A DNA stretch of 61,667 nucleotides, the filler included, from Alphaproteobacteria bacterium (GTDB lineage Bacteria; Pseudomonadota; Alphaproteobacteria; Caedimonadales; UBA9215), in the NCBI GenBank assembly GCA_024280495.1. It is 7 parts of 7 records of this genome, joined end to end, with 100 filler letters (N's around TTAATTAATTAA, not from the genome) between each part and the next. Parts side by side here need not be neighbours in the genome. Positions count along the whole stretch, not along the records: positions 5,717 to 17,478 come from JAJRPZ010000002.1; positions 17,579 to 39,041 come from JAJRPZ010000059.1; 5 more parts are not named here. One strand, given 5' to 3'. Below the pieces are notes generated by a model, which made no database searches, had not been told where the DNA came from, and was given only the letters and a program-made list of their open reading frames with translations. Below are positions 11,048 to 21,505 of this stretch, one piece after another; the first letter of the stretch is position 1; the number at the start of each line of letters is the position of its first letter. The position numbers were made by a program, and so were the translations under genes.

Positions 11048-11056
11048 TATATAAAA

Positions 11057-11986
11057 ATGGTAGGTTTTTTTTCAAATAACGCGCCTTGGTTTTTGTTTTT
11101 TGGCATCATTTTTGTGATGATCTGCATAGATCTTGGCGTGTTTCATAAAAAATCTCACGAGATCACCATCAAAGAATCTCTTGGATGGACCGTTGTTTGG
11201 ATAGCCCTTGCCCTTTGTTTTAATATTTATATTTATTACCTTAAAGGAGAACGGGCAAGCATAGAATTTCTAACTGGGTATTTGGTGGAAAAATCCCTAA
11301 GCCTTGATAATGTGTTTGTTTTCCTCACAATTTTTCGTGCCTTTCAAGTTCCTTTGAAATATCAGCATCGCGTGCTGATGTGGGGGATTATTGGGGCCAT
11401 TATTATGCGTGCTATTTTCATATCCCTTGGGTCTGTCTTGATCGCGGAATTTAGTTGGATGTTTTATGTTTTTGGTGCTTTTTTGATCCACACTGCCTAT
11501 ACTTTTATGCAAGAAGAAACCAAAGAAAAAGACTTCACCAAGCATCCTATGGTCTTGTTTTTACAACGCTACCTCCCCCTGAGTAAAAAAAGAAATGGCG
11601 ATAAGTTTTTTACCGTAGAAAAGGGAAAAAGACTTGCCACTCCGTTGTTCCTTGTTTTATTAAGTATCGAATTTTCCGATGTTATTTTTGCCATTGATTC
11701 CATTCCTGCAATTTTTGCCATCACACAAGATACGTATATTGTTTTTACATCTAATATCTTTGCGATCCTAGGATTGCGTGCTCTTTATTTTGTTATTGCT
11801 AATATGGCGGTGAAATTTGTTTATCTCTCCTATGGCCTTGCTGCTATCCTTGGATATATTGGTTTGAAACTTATCTTGCATCATTTTATCAAGATCCCTA
11901 GTTTTATCTCTTTATCTGTTATTGGATTTGCGTTATCTCTATCTATTATTGCGTCGCTTATATTTGAAAGGCGACAACAAAAATAG
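11057..11986 (+). CDS. terC: TerC/Alx family metal homeostasis membrane protein
   Basis: FLTGYLVEKSLSLDNVFVF and DVIFAIDSIPAIFAIT motifs. Confidence 0.92.
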   Translation: MVGFFSNNAPWFLFFGIIFVMICIDLGVFHKKSHEITIKESLGWTVVWIALALCFNIYIYYLKGERASIEFLTGYLVEKSLSLDNVFVFLTIFRAFQVPLKYQHRVLMWGIIGAIIMRAIFISLGSVLIAEFSWMFYVFGAFLIHTAYTFMQEETKEKDFTKHPMVLFLQRYLPLSKKRNGDKFFTVEKGKRLATPLFLVLLSIEFSDVIFAIDSIPAIFAITQDTYIVFTSNIFAILGLRALYFVIANMAVKFVYLSYGLAAILGYIGLKLILHHFIKIPSFISLSVIGFALSLSIIASLIFERRQQK

Positions 11987-12009
11987 CTTTGTTTTGGAGT
12001 AGCTAACAG

Positions 12010-15000
12010 ATGACGAAAAATTTAAATCGTTTTTACCGCGCCCCTGAAAAAGAAGTTGTTCAAAATCTTCTTAATAGCTTTTCTTTGACCATGGAACAAA
12101 ACAAACGCATCCAAGATAAGGCCCGTCAGTTGGTGAAACAGGTGCGTTGTGCCCATGAAAAAGCCAGTTCCATTGATCGCTTGATGACCAAGTACCCCCT
12201 TTCTTCTAAGGAAGGATTGGCGTTAATGGCCTTAGCAGAATCTTTAATTCGAGTGCCTGATCACGCAACGGCTTATGCCTTAATTCAAGATAAAATGAAA
12301 AATGTCTTTTTTTCAGCAGTGGTCGAAAAAAAGACATCTATCCTTGAAAAAACCACGGACCAACTGTTAAAATTGACGTCATCTTTTTTAAAAGAAAGCC
12401 ATAATAAACTTTTAAAACCTCTCAAATTTAGTGTTCAATCCTTGTCTAAACCCATTGTGTCGTACACGGGCAGAAAACTCGTCAATATTTTGGCAAACCA
12501 GTTCGTTATGGGGGATTCCATTGAGGGGGCCTATAAAAAAGTTCAATCCAACAAAGAAAAAGGATATAGCCATTCTTTTGATATGTTGGGTGAGGCAGCT
12601 TGTACTAAAGAGGATGCAAAACGTTATTTTGATGCTTATTTTGATGCCATCGGAAAAATAGGCCATGAGGAATCCCAATCAAAAAAACCTAACCATCTAA
12701 GATCAAGTATCAGTGTTAAACTTTCTGCTCTGCACCCGCGTTATGAGGTATCCCAGTGGAAAACATGTGTTCAAGAATTAACGGTGAGCCTTAAAGAATT
12801 ATGCAGTGCCGCAAAACAACATAATATTGACTTGACAGTGGATGCGGAAGAGTCAGACCGCCTTGAAATGTCCCTTGAAATATTTTCAAATGTTGCTGAA
12901 GATCCAGATTTAAAAGAATGGAATGGCTTAGGACTTGCCGTTCAAGCCTATCAAAAACGGGCATTGGATGTTCTCGATCATATCCAAAACCTTTCAAAAG
13001 AAACGGGACGAAAAATAAAAGTGCGCCTTGTAAAAGGAGCTTATTGGGATACTGAAATTAAACGGGCTCAAGAATTAGGTCTTGAGGGGTACCCCGTCTT
13101 TACGCGTAAAAAAACAACGGATATTTCTTATCTTGCTTGTGCTCAAAAACTATTACAGGCACCTGAGAGTTTTTACCCACAGTTTGCAACACACAATGCC
13201 CATAGCGTGGCGAGCATTTTGGAAATGGCCTCAGCTCTTAAGCTGAGCCCTAAAAACTTTGAGTTTCAATGCTTATTTGGTATGGGACAGGAACTCTACG
13301 AGCAACTTTTAAGTTCCAAATTCACTGAAATATATCAAAATATTCCCGTGCGTATATATGCACCTGTTGGGAAATATAAAGATTTATTGCCTTATCTCGT
13401 GCGTCGTCTCCTTGAAAACGGAGCAAATTCATCTTTCGTCAATGAGGTCACCAGACCTAATGCTTCTATGGAACACTTGATCGCAGATCCTAGAAAGGAT
13501 GTTTCTTACCATTTGAAAGAAGGAAAAACGACCCATCCGAAAATTCAATTGCCGTCTCATATTTTGCCTGGACGTTTGAACTCTAGGGGGATGGATATAA
13601 CAGAGCGCGCCATTATAAAAGATATTCAAGACCAAAATAGAAACTCTAAACAGTGGGTTGGAAATGCTATTATTTCAGGGAAAGAAATTCAGGGAAAAGA
13701 GTCAAAAACTGTCGTGAGTCCCGTGGATGCAGCTCCCATCGGCGTTGTTTATCAGACGTCGGGTGAGCCCATTCTTAAGGCATTGGAGGCTGCTACAACT
13801 TCTTTTAAAACATGGTCGAAAACTTCCGTTCGAAATCGGGCTAAGTGTTTGTATAAATTGGCTGATTTGATTCAGGAAAATGAATTCGAACTCATGACAT
13901 TTTTATCCAAAGAAGCAGGAAAATCCATTCCCGATGGTATCTCAGAAGTGCGTGAGGCCGTTGATTTTTGCCGTTACTATGCCAATGAAGCCCGTGATAA
14001 ACTGGCAACGACTTTACCTTTGCCAGGCCCAACAGGAGAACGCAACGTATTGTCTCTTAAAGGACGTGGTACGTTTTTATGTATTAGTCCTTGGAATTTC
14101 CCATTGGCCATTTTCACGGGCCAAATTGTAGCAGCTCTTGTTTCTGGTAATACGGTTTTGGCAAAACCTGCCAGCCAAACAATTTTGATTGCGACCTTCG
14201 TTATAAAACTCATGCATAAGGCAGGTATTCCCGTAGATGTCGTTCATTTAATTCCCGCCTCTGGGCGAGTTGTGGGCGACGTTCTTTTGCCCGATGTCCG
14301 TATTTCTGGTGTTTGTTTTACGGGATCAACAAAAACAGCGTGGCATATTAATAAAACCTTAGCCGCCCGAAAAAGTGCCATTATTCCCTTCATCGCAGAA
14401 ACAGGGGGGCAAAATGCCATGCTTGTGGATTCAACGGCTTTGGCCGAGCAAGTTGTTTCCGATGTTATTGCCTCTGCTTTCCAAAGTGCAGGGCAGCGTT
14501 GTTCTGCCTTGCGTTTGTTGCTCCTTCAAGAAGAAGTTGCAGATCAAGTATTAGAAATGCTTAAGGGGGCTATGAAAGAATTACAAGTAGGAGATACGGG
14601 AAATTTTAATAATGATGTTGGACCCGTTATTGATCAACCTTCTCAGGAATCTTTATTAAAGCATATTAATGCCCTCAAAGTTTCAGGAGCCACAGAAATC
14701 TACACGATTCCTTTAGTAGATAACGTCACGCGAAAGGGATATTTTGTACCACCCAGCGCTTATGAACTGTCTTCATTGGACGCCTTAACCGAAGAGCATT
14801 TCGGCCCTATTTTACATGTGATGCGCTATAAAATAAACAATTTAGATGAAATTATTGAACAAGTTAACGGCCTTGGTTTTGGTCTTACCTTTGGCATTCA
14901 TTCCCGTATTGAAAGCCGTATTAACGAAATAGTTGAAAAAATTAATGCGGGTAATATTTATGTGAACCGTAATTTAATTGGTGCTGTTGTGGGAGTTCAA

Positions 15001-15144
15001 CCTTTTGGTGGGCAAGGTCTTTCAGGAACGGGACCAAAGGCTGGTGGCCCTCATTATCTTATGCGATTTGTTCATGAAAAAACAATTTCCGTGGATACAA
15101 CAGCTCAAGGTGGCAATACCCACCTGATGACATTGGAGTCTTAA
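12010..15144 (+). CDS. putA: Bifunctional proline dehydrogenase / P5C dehydrogenase
   Basis: SFDMLGEAA, SVKLSALHPRYE, RLVKGAYWD, YLVRRLLENGANSSF, AETGGQN, SAGQRCS. Confidence 0.97.
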   Translation: MTKNLNRFYRAPEKEVVQNLLNSFSLTMEQNKRIQDKARQLVKQVRCAHEKASSIDRLMTKYPLSSKEGLALMALAESLIRVPDHATAYALIQDKMKNVFFSAVVEKKTSILEKTTDQLLKLTSSFLKESHNKLLKPLKFSVQSLSKPIVSYTGRKLVNILANQFVMGDSIEGAYKKVQSNKEKGYSHSFDMLGEAACTKEDAKRYFDAYFDAIGKIGHEESQSKKPNHLRSSISVKLSALHPRYEVSQWKTCVQELTVSLKELCSAAKQHNIDLTVDAEESDRLEMSLEIFSNVAEDPDLKEWNGLGLAVQAYQKRALDVLDHIQNLSKETGRKIKVRLVKGAYWDTEIKRAQELGLEGYPVFTRKKTTDISYLACAQKLLQAPESFYPQFATHNAHSVASILEMASALKLSPKNFEFQCLFGMGQELYEQLLSSKFTEIYQNIPVRIYAPVGKYKDLLPYLVRRLLENGANSSFVNEVTRPNASMEHLIADPRKDVSYHLKEGKTTHPKIQLPSHILPGRLNSRGMDITERAIIKDIQDQNRNSKQWVGNAIISGKEIQGKESKTVVSPVDAAPIGVVYQTSGEPILKALEAATTSFKTWSKTSVRNRAKCLYKLADLIQENEFELMTFLSKEAGKSIPDGISEVREAVDFCRYYANEARDKLATTLPLPGPTGERNVLSLKGRGTFLCISPWNFPLAIFTGQIVAALVSGNTVLAKPASQTILIATFVIKLMHKAGIPVDVVHLIPASGRVVGDVLLPDVRISGVCFTGSTKTAWHINKTLAARKSAIIPFIAETGGQNAMLVDSTALAEQVVSDVIASAFQSAGQRCSALRLLLLQEEVADQVLEMLKGAMKELQVGDTGNFNNDVGPVIDQPSQESLLKHINALKVSGATEIYTIPLVDNVTRKGYFVPPSAYELSSLDALTEEHFGPILHVMRYKINNLDEIIEQVNGLGFGLTFGIHSRIESRINEIVEKINAGNIYVNRNLIGAVVGVQPFGGQGLSGTGPKAGGPHYLMRFVHEKTISVDTTAQGGNTHLMTLES

Positions 15145-15147
15145 AAA

Positions 15148-16965
15148 ATGTCGACTCCCATATTACAATTACAAGATATTGAATTTGCCATTGGAACTCA
15201 GCAGTTGTTTCAAGGGGTTAACCTGTCAGTTTTACCTTTCACTAGGCTTTGTATTGTGGGGCGTAATGGCTCTGGGAAATCCACTCTTATGAAGATGATC
15301 GCAGGGTTGGTCGAACAAGATAGCGGTGACATTTTCGTTCAAACTGGTACCAATATTGCTTATATGCCTCAAGAACCCATTTTTCCAAAGAAACAAACGG
15401 CTTATGAATACGTATTATCCCAAGAAAATGTAGATGGATATCAGGCAGACAAAGCCTTGGACGCCCTTGGTATTTCAGGTAAAAAAGACTTGGATACCCT
15501 TTCTGGAGGAGAGGCCCGTCGCGTGTCTTTAGCCTATGCCATGGCAAGTGAACCAGATGTTTTAATGTTGGATGAACCCACCAACCATTTGGACGTTGAA
15601 ACCATCGAGTGGCTTGAGAAAAATTTGGTAAATTTCCAAGGTGCTTTGATTATAATTAGCCATGATCGAACTTTTTTAGCTAACGTGACCAATCAAACAT
15701 TTTGGTTAGATCAAGGTATCGTTCGAACTTTAAATAAAGGGTATGGGCATTTCGAAGAATGGGCCGAACATATTATTGAAGAGGAAATGAAAACTCGGGC
15801 TAAGATGGAGAAACTTATTGCCCAAGAAACTCAGTGGTCAAGAGGTGGTATTAGTGCCAGGCGAAAACGGAATCAAGGGCGCCTAAAACGTCTTTATGAC
15901 CTGCGTAACAAACGCTCTCAACAGCTTACTCGTCTTAAAATGGCACGCCTTGAAAATGAAATCGGTGAGGTCTCAAGTAGGGCGATTATCGAAGCGAAAG
16001 ATATATCTAAAACCTATGGAGATCGATGCATCATAGAAAAATTCTCGACGCAAATTATGCGCGGAGATCGCATTGGTATTATTGGTCCTAACGGTTCTGG
16101 AAAGACCACATTACTGCGTATGCTCATTGGTGAAGAGCGCCCTGATAGCGGTAAAATTAAAATCGGAAAAACTCTAGAACCCCTCTATTTAGACCAAAAT
16201 CGTAAGACTCTCGATATGAAGAAAACTCTCTGGGAAACTCTGTGTCCTCAAGGGGGGGATCATATTTCCGTTCAAGGAAAACAGCGTCATGTTGTGGGAT
16301 ATTTAAAAGAATTTATGTTTAAACCAGAACAAGCCCGTAGCCCTGTGTCAACTCTATCTGGTGGTGAACGCAACCGTTTGTTGTTGGCCCTTTCCATGGC
16401 AACGTCATCGAATTTTATGATTCTTGATGAACCCACCAATGACTTGGATATGGATACGTTAGACCGCCTGCAAGATATGCTTTCTGAATATCAAGGCACT
16501 ATATTACTGGTAAGCCACGATCGAAGTTTTCTTGATAATGTTGTAACCTCTACCATTGTGATGGAAGGCGGCGGAAAACTTCAAGAATATGCAGGTGGGT
16601 ACCAAGATTATTTACGACAATCAAAAAACAAAATAAATGCACAGCAAAAACCACTTAAAAATAAAGAAAAGCAACGGGCAAAGGCTGAGGCAGCCCGTCG
16701 TGCAAATATGCCGAAAGAACGCCCTAAAAAACTTTCTTTTAAACATGAATTTGCCTTAAAAGAACTACCTAAAAAAATGGCAGGTCTTGATGTGAAAATT
16801 CAAAAAATTGAACAGGCCTTAAGTGACCCAGATCTCTATCTTCGCGATAGCATCAAGGCAGAAACCCTTGCCCATGATTTGGAATCCTTTCGTTCTGAAA
16901 AAGAGCGTCTAGAAAATGAATGGCTAGAAGTTGAGCTTTTACGCGAAGAAATTGAAGGGATGTAA
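15148..16965 (+). CDS. uup: ABC-F family ATPase, Uup-like
   Basis: Two NBDs (GRNGSGKST, GPNGSGKTT; LSGGE; LDEPTN) and a C-terminal coiled coil 'KLSFK..ELP'. Confidence 0.88.
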   Translation: MSTPILQLQDIEFAIGTQQLFQGVNLSVLPFTRLCIVGRNGSGKSTLMKMIAGLVEQDSGDIFVQTGTNIAYMPQEPIFPKKQTAYEYVLSQENVDGYQADKALDALGISGKKDLDTLSGGEARRVSLAYAMASEPDVLMLDEPTNHLDVETIEWLEKNLVNFQGALIIISHDRTFLANVTNQTFWLDQGIVRTLNKGYGHFEEWAEHIIEEEMKTRAKMEKLIAQETQWSRGGISARRKRNQGRLKRLYDLRNKRSQQLTRLKMARLENEIGEVSSRAIIEAKDISKTYGDRCIIEKFSTQIMRGDRIGIIGPNGSGKTTLLRMLIGEERPDSGKIKIGKTLEPLYLDQNRKTLDMKKTLWETLCPQGGDHISVQGKQRHVVGYLKEFMFKPEQARSPVSTLSGGERNRLLLALSMATSSNFMILDEPTNDLDMDTLDRLQDMLSEYQGTILLVSHDRSFLDNVVTSTIVMEGGGKLQEYAGGYQDYLRQSKNKINAQQKPLKNKEKQRAKAEAARRANMPKERPKKLSFKHEFALKELPKKMAGLDVKIQKIEQALSDPDLYLRDSIKAETLAHDLESFRSEKERLENEWLEVELLREEIEGM

Positions 16966-17039
16966 CGGATTTAAAAAGGGTTGTTACTAAATATGAAAGA
17001 TCTGCTGAAGAATGGTTTGGGAATTTCCAGGCATTTCCC

Positions 17040-17340
17040 TATTTTTGCGTGGAGCTCTTTGAGTTCTGATGTGTGATCTTTTGCCATGCGCTCCATCTTC
17101 CCTTTAAAGCCCTCTTCTAAACTTTGAAGTGCCTCGCGTTTCCAACGACTTATAACAGCTGCGTGGACACCAAATTTCACGGAAAGATCCGAAATTGGAG
17201 CATCTTCTCGGAGCGCTGCCAAGGCGATTTTTGCCTTTAAGGTAGCTGGGTAATTCTTGCGGGTGTAGTCATTCTTCTTGATTCCTTTTGTATCAATCAA
17301 TGAAGCTTAGCACCCTGTCCGATTATTTAGGACCACCTCA
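17040..17340 (-). mobile_element. IS3-family remnant (left end plus truncated orfA)
   Basis: Minus-strand end TGAGGTGGTCCTAAATAATCGGACA; HTH orfA 'RKNYPATLKAKIALAALRE...FGVH..VISRWKR...ELHAKIG' stops resembling a transposase after ~17040; no orfB. Confidence 0.75.
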
Positions 17341-17346
17341 AGAAAA

Positions 17347-17478
17347 GTAAACAGCTCACGAAGAACATCCTGATTTCATAAAAAAAAGCCCCTAGCCTCT
17401 ATATGGCTTGGGGTTTCCAGTTGTAGGGTAGGAGATCTTGGAGGCTTTCGCCTGCTGAAATTTTTTGGGGTAGTCTGA
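17347..17478 (-). mobile_element. IS66-family right end (partial, at contig end)
   Basis: Reverse complement of 17612-17743 with one synonymous difference (CTC/CTG); terminus GTAAACAGCTCACGAAG; encodes the TnpC tail RLPQKISAGESLQDLLPYNWKPQAI. Confidence 0.85.
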
Positions 17479-17578
17479 NNNNNNNNNNNNNNNNNNNNNN
17501 NNNNNNNNNNNNNNNNNNNNNNTTAATTAATTAANNNNNNNNNNNNNNNNNNNNNNNNNNNNNNNNNNNNNNNNNNNN
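17479..17578. other. Artificial contig-joining spacer
   Basis: N44-TTAATTAATTAA-N44. Confidence 0.98.
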
Positions 17579-17743
17579 ATAGTCCTTACGACTATTTGCG
17601 GGATATTTTTATCAGACTACCCCAAAAAATTTCAGCAGGCGAAAGCCTGCAAGATCTCCTACCCTACAACTGGAAACCCCAAGCCATATAGAGGCTAGGG
17701 GCTTTTTTTTATGAAATCAGGATGTTCTTCGTGAGCTGTTTAC
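17579..17743 (+). mobile_element. IS66-family right end (TnpC C-terminus plus IRR)
   Basis: 17581-17691 encodes SPYDYLRDIFIRLP...DLLPYNWKPQAI* (IS66 C-terminal motif); ends ...GAGCTGTTTAC; followed by the 8-bp TAATAACG. Confidence 0.88.
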
Positions 17744-17751
17744 TAATAACG

Positions 17752-18620
17752 CACTGCGCAATAGAGGCCGTATAGACTTTATGGTTTCAGAAAATCTAAG
17801 CCTTGGATGGTATGCAGATTCTTCCGGTAAAAAGAAGCGTGGCGGCCAAACGATCTATAGTGATGAAGCCATTTTATCATGCTTAAAAATTCGATATTTA
17901 TTTGGGTTAAAACTCAGACAAACACAGGGGTTCATTAATTGGATTTTTTTAATGTCAGGGATGAAGCTCACTTGTCCTGACTACACCACTTTGAGTAGGC
18001 GTGGAAAGAAGCTAGACCTAGACTCACTTCTAGGTAAATCAGATGAAGAATTCGACTGTATTTGCATCGACAGCAGTGGCATCCAAACCTTTACTGGTAA
18101 CGAATGGCTTGAGAATAAGCATGGCAAACAGTACAACCGTAGGATCTGGAATAAGCTTCACATTCTCACAACGGGTGACGGGGTCATTCTTGCTAATTCA
18201 ATGACGGAACACAATAAGGATGATCGGTCTCAAGTTGCTCATTTGTTAAAAGGTGTGATGGCAAAAGAGCTCCTTGGTGACTCTGGTTATGATGGTGAAA
18301 ACATCCATCAATTGGCACGATCAAAGGGCATGAAACCGACAATTCGTCTGCCAAACAGGGCGCCTCCAAAGAAAATCAAGACGGAAGGTCAAAAATCTGC
18401 CGCCTACCAATAAGACAAAGGTTATCACGCCTGGAGAGTTAAAAATAATTATGGACGACGGGAGCGCGTAGAGAACACATTCTACCGTTACAAAACATCC
18501 TATGGCAGTCAATTTCAATCACGTGATGAAAACAACATGAGAAATGAACTAACAATAAAGTGCCACCTGCTCAATAAAATGTTTGAAATTGGGAGGCTTA
18601 TCTCTGTGCGCACTTCTTAA
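17752..18620 (+). pseudogene. IS5-family (IS903 group) transposase, 3' part; disrupted by IS66 and by a premature stop
   Basis: RGGQTIYSD.AI, LRQTQGF, PDYTTLSRR, IDSSG, DSGYD motifs; in-frame TAA at 18411-18413, after which the frame continues with YGRRERVE (Y-2-R-3-E) to a stop at 18620. Confidence 0.9.
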
Positions 18621-18660
18621 GCCAAATTCTGGGGGAAAGGGGGCGTGTGATCGAAAAAGG

Positions 18661-18677
18661 ATTCATGCAACAAAGCG
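18661..18677 (+). repeat. IS5/IS903-like right inverted repeat
   Basis: Reverse complement CGCTTTGTTGCATGAAT resembles the IS903 IR (GGCTTTGTTGAATAAAT) and pairs with 38735-38751. Confidence 0.75.
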
Positions 18678-18825
18678 GAGATGTTATGGATTCTTCAAGC
18701 CAGAATCTCTCTTTCAACGCATGCAATTAGACCTGAAAGGCTTCGATATGTACGCTTGAAATCCGACCAACACAAAATGGAGAAGAGCCAACTTTTTTTG
18801 CCCCCCATCTATTACTCAGAGGTTT

Positions 18826-21015
18826 CTACAATTTTGTTTTTTTAAGACGGGCTGCATTTATAATAACTGATAAAGAGCTTAGAACCATAGCAGCACTGGC
18901 AATAATAGGGTTCAAAAGAATGTCAAATACAGGATATAAAATTCCTGCCGCTATGGGGATGCCTGTGGCATTATAAATAAAAGCAAAGAAGAGATTTTGT
19001 CGGATGTTTCTCATGGTAGCTTGGCTCAGGCGCCTGGCACGCACAATACCAGTTAGATCTCCTTTGACAAGAGTTACTTCTGCACTTTCCATGGCAATAT
19101 CCGCCCCAGTTCCCATGGCGATGCCAACGTCTGCCTGAGCAAGGGCTGGTGCATCATTCACGCCATCGCCTGCCATGGCAACTTTATAACCGTCACTTTG
19201 CAAGCGTTTAACCACTTCGATTTTACGCTCAGGCAAGACATCGGCTTCGATTTCGTCGATGTCTAATTGGCCCGCAACTGCCTTTGCTGTTACGGCATTA
19301 TCCCCCGTTAGCATCACGAGGCGAAGGCCACTTTTTCGAAGTTCTTGAAGGGCCTGAGGCGTGGTTGTTTTAATGGGATCGGCAACACTAATAAGTCCCG
19401 CCAAATTATTCTCTATGACCACAAACATAACGGTTTCTCCTTGAAGCCTCAATTTATCAGCTTTTTTAAGAAGATTTGTCGGGGGTACATTGAGTTTTTC
19501 TAAAAGTTTTTCATTTCCTAGGGCTATATATTTTTTATTGACGACACCTGAAATACCTTTGCCAGTAGAAGAATCAAAATCCTTTATCTTGGTAAGTTTG
19601 AGTCCTTTGTCTTTTGCCCCCTTTACAATGGCAGTGGCAAGAGGATGTTCACTCCCTTGTTCAAGTGATGCGGCTAATTGCAATAAGTCATCTGTATCCA
19701 GTCCTTGTTCTGTGATTACAGACGTTAGCTTTGGTTTGCCTTCAGTTAAGGTTCCCGTTTTATCAATGACGAGAACATCAATTTTTTCCAAAGTTTCAAG
19801 GCTTTCAGCATTTTTAATAAGAACACCGGCTTGAGCTCCTCGTCCTGTCCCAACCATAATGGACATTGGTGTTGCTAATCCAACGGCACAGGGACAAGCA
19901 ATAATCAATACAGCAACAGCATTAATAAGGGCATAAGAGAGGGCTGGTTCTGGCCCCCATAAACTCCAAACAATGGCAGTCGTAATAGAGACACCGACAA
20001 CAACGGGCACAAAATAACCTGCAACCATATCAGCCATTTTTTGGATGGGTGCACGGCTGCGTTGTGCCTGGGCAACCATGTGAACAATTTGTGACAACAA
20101 GGTTTCGTTGCCAACTTTTTGAGCTTCCATAATAAAACTGCCAGTCTGGTTCAGCGTCCCTCCCGTCACAAGATCACCTTTGGCCTTTGAGGTTGGCATG
20201 GATTCACCAGTAATCATAGACTCATCAAGTGTGCTTTTTCCTTCGATAATCATACCATCTAGGGGGACGGAATCTCCTGGGCGCACCCGAAGGTGATCAC
20301 CTGGAATGACCTCGTCTAGGGGGACTACTTTATCTGTGCCGTTTTTTTGAACAATAAGGGCAGTTTTTGGTGCAAGATTTAAAAGTGCTCGAATGGCATT
20401 GTTCGTTTGTGAGCGCGCACGGAGTTCCATAACCTGTCCAAGCATAACCAAGGTAATAATAACGGCCGCTGCTTCAAAATAAACATCAACCAAGCCGTTT
20501 TCCATACGCATTTCTGCAGGAAAAATAGTTGGGAAAAAAGATGCAATTAAGCTGTAAATGTAAGCGACACCTGTCCCTAGGGCAATGAGGGTGAACATAT
20601 TTAAGTGTCTTGAAACAAGGGAGGCCCATGCTTTTTTGAAAAAAGGAATGGCGCCCCAAAGCATCACGGGTGTTGATAATGAAAACTCAATCCAGAGGGC
20701 AGTTGTTGACGATATATAAGGGGCAAGGGGACGGCCTGGTAAGTGATCAAGCATCACCAATAATAAAACAGGGAAAGATAAAAAGCTACAAACCCAAAAG
20801 CGCCTTGTCATATCATCGAGCTCTGTTGTGTCTTCAACGGTGCTCACTCCTTTGGGTTCAAGGGCCATGCCGCAAATAGGGCAGTCCCCTGGTCCTACCT
20901 GTTCAACTTCAGCATGCATGGGGCAGGTGTAAATGGTATCTGCTGCCAGAGATTCAGTCATCTTTGGTTTTAAAGAGTTATGATGGGGAGTATGACACGC
21001 ACTATGATCTTTCAT
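18826..21015 (-). CDS. copA: Copper-translocating P1B-type ATPase
   Basis: N-terminal YTCPMH...[37 protein letters not shown] in TM. Confidence 0.93.
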   Translation of the reverse strand: MKDHSACHTPHHNSLKPKMTESLAADTIYTCPMHAEVEQVGPGDCPICGMALEPKGVSTVEDTTELDDMTRRFWVCSFLSFPVLLLVMLDHLPGRPLAPYISSTTALWIEFSLSTPVMLWGAIPFFKKAWASLVSRHLNMFTLIALGTGVAYIYSLIASFFPTIFPAEMRMENGLVDVYFEAAAVIITLVMLGQVMELRARSQTNNAIRALLNLAPKTALIVQKNGTDKVVPLDEVIPGDHLRVRPGDSVPLDGMIIEGKSTLDESMITGESMPTSKAKGDLVTGGTLNQTGSFIMEAQKVGNETLLSQIVHMVAQAQRSRAPIQKMADMVAGYFVPVVVGVSITTAIVWSLWGPEPALSYALINAVAVLIIACPCAVGLATPMSIMVGTGRGAQAGVLIKNAESLETLEKIDVLVIDKTGTLTEGKPKLTSVITEQGLDTDDLLQLAASLEQGSEHPLATAIVKGAKDKGLKLTKIKDFDSSTGKGISGVVNKKYIALGNEKLLEKLNVPPTNLLKKADKLRLQGETVMFVVIENNLAGLISVADPIKTTTPQALQELRKSGLRLVMLTGDNAVTAKAVAGQLDIDEIEADVLPERKIEVVKRLQSDGYKVAMAGDGVNDAPALAQADVGIAMGTGADIAMESAEVTLVKGDLTGIVRARRLSQATMRNIRQNLFFAFIYNATGIPIAAGILYPVFDILLNPIIASAAMVLSSLSVIINAARLKKTKL

Positions 21016-21505
21016 TGTTTTTTCCTGTTTTTTTTGAATTGTTGCACTTTTTACAAAATGTCATTTCCATGCCATGTGCCTCCCACATTTTCTCCACGGA
21101 AAAATAGGTGTATGCTGCTGACCATGTAATGAGGATGAGACCATTAATAGCCTCTATTCCTGTTAAAAATCGTAAGGCATCCGATGGAAAAACGTCTCCT
21201 ATGCCAAGGGAAGAGTAAATTGTAATGGAAAAATAAAGATAGGTTGGAAAATGCTCTTGGATATTACCAGATAAGTCAGAAAATCCAGCATAGTGAACAA
21301 GGGTCCAATAAATAAGAGCGTATATCAAAACGGAAATAGCGTGGGCAATAAAAATTCCGCTCATTATCAAGAGCATGAGATGTTTGGGCTTGACCTCTCT
21401 CCCTGATACAAAGCGTGAAATAAAGCAGAGGGATTCATAAAATAGAGCTGTGACAACATAAATGCTTATTATACTTACGAGAGCAATAATCCAAAATTCA
21501 GTCAT
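21002..21505 (-). CDS. Small ion-channel-family membrane protein (Ion_trans_2-like)
   Basis: [19 protein letters not shown] pore-like motif between TM helices, followed by '[11 protein letters not shown]'. Confidence 0.75.
   Translation of the reverse strand: MTEFWIIALVSIISIYVVTALFYESLCFISRFVSGREVKPKHLMLLIMSGIFIAHAISVLIYALIYWTLVHYAGFSDLSGNIQEHFPTYLYFSITIYSSLGIGDVFPSDALRFLTGIEAINGLILITWSAAYTYFSVEKMWEAHGMEMTFCKKCNNSKKTGKNNERS

Noticed and set aside
11048..11056. yybP-ykoY riboswitch before terC/alx
   Set aside because: Only 9 bp of intergenic space.
17347..17743. Large inverted repeat around the gap, suggesting a hairpin or a single element's TIRs
   Set aside because: These are two IS66 right ends from different contigs, juxtaposed artificially; they differ by one base.
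18678..18686. 9-bp TSD for the split IS5
   Set aside because: The flank after IRR (GAGATGTTA) does not match the flank before IRL (ACACGCCTC).
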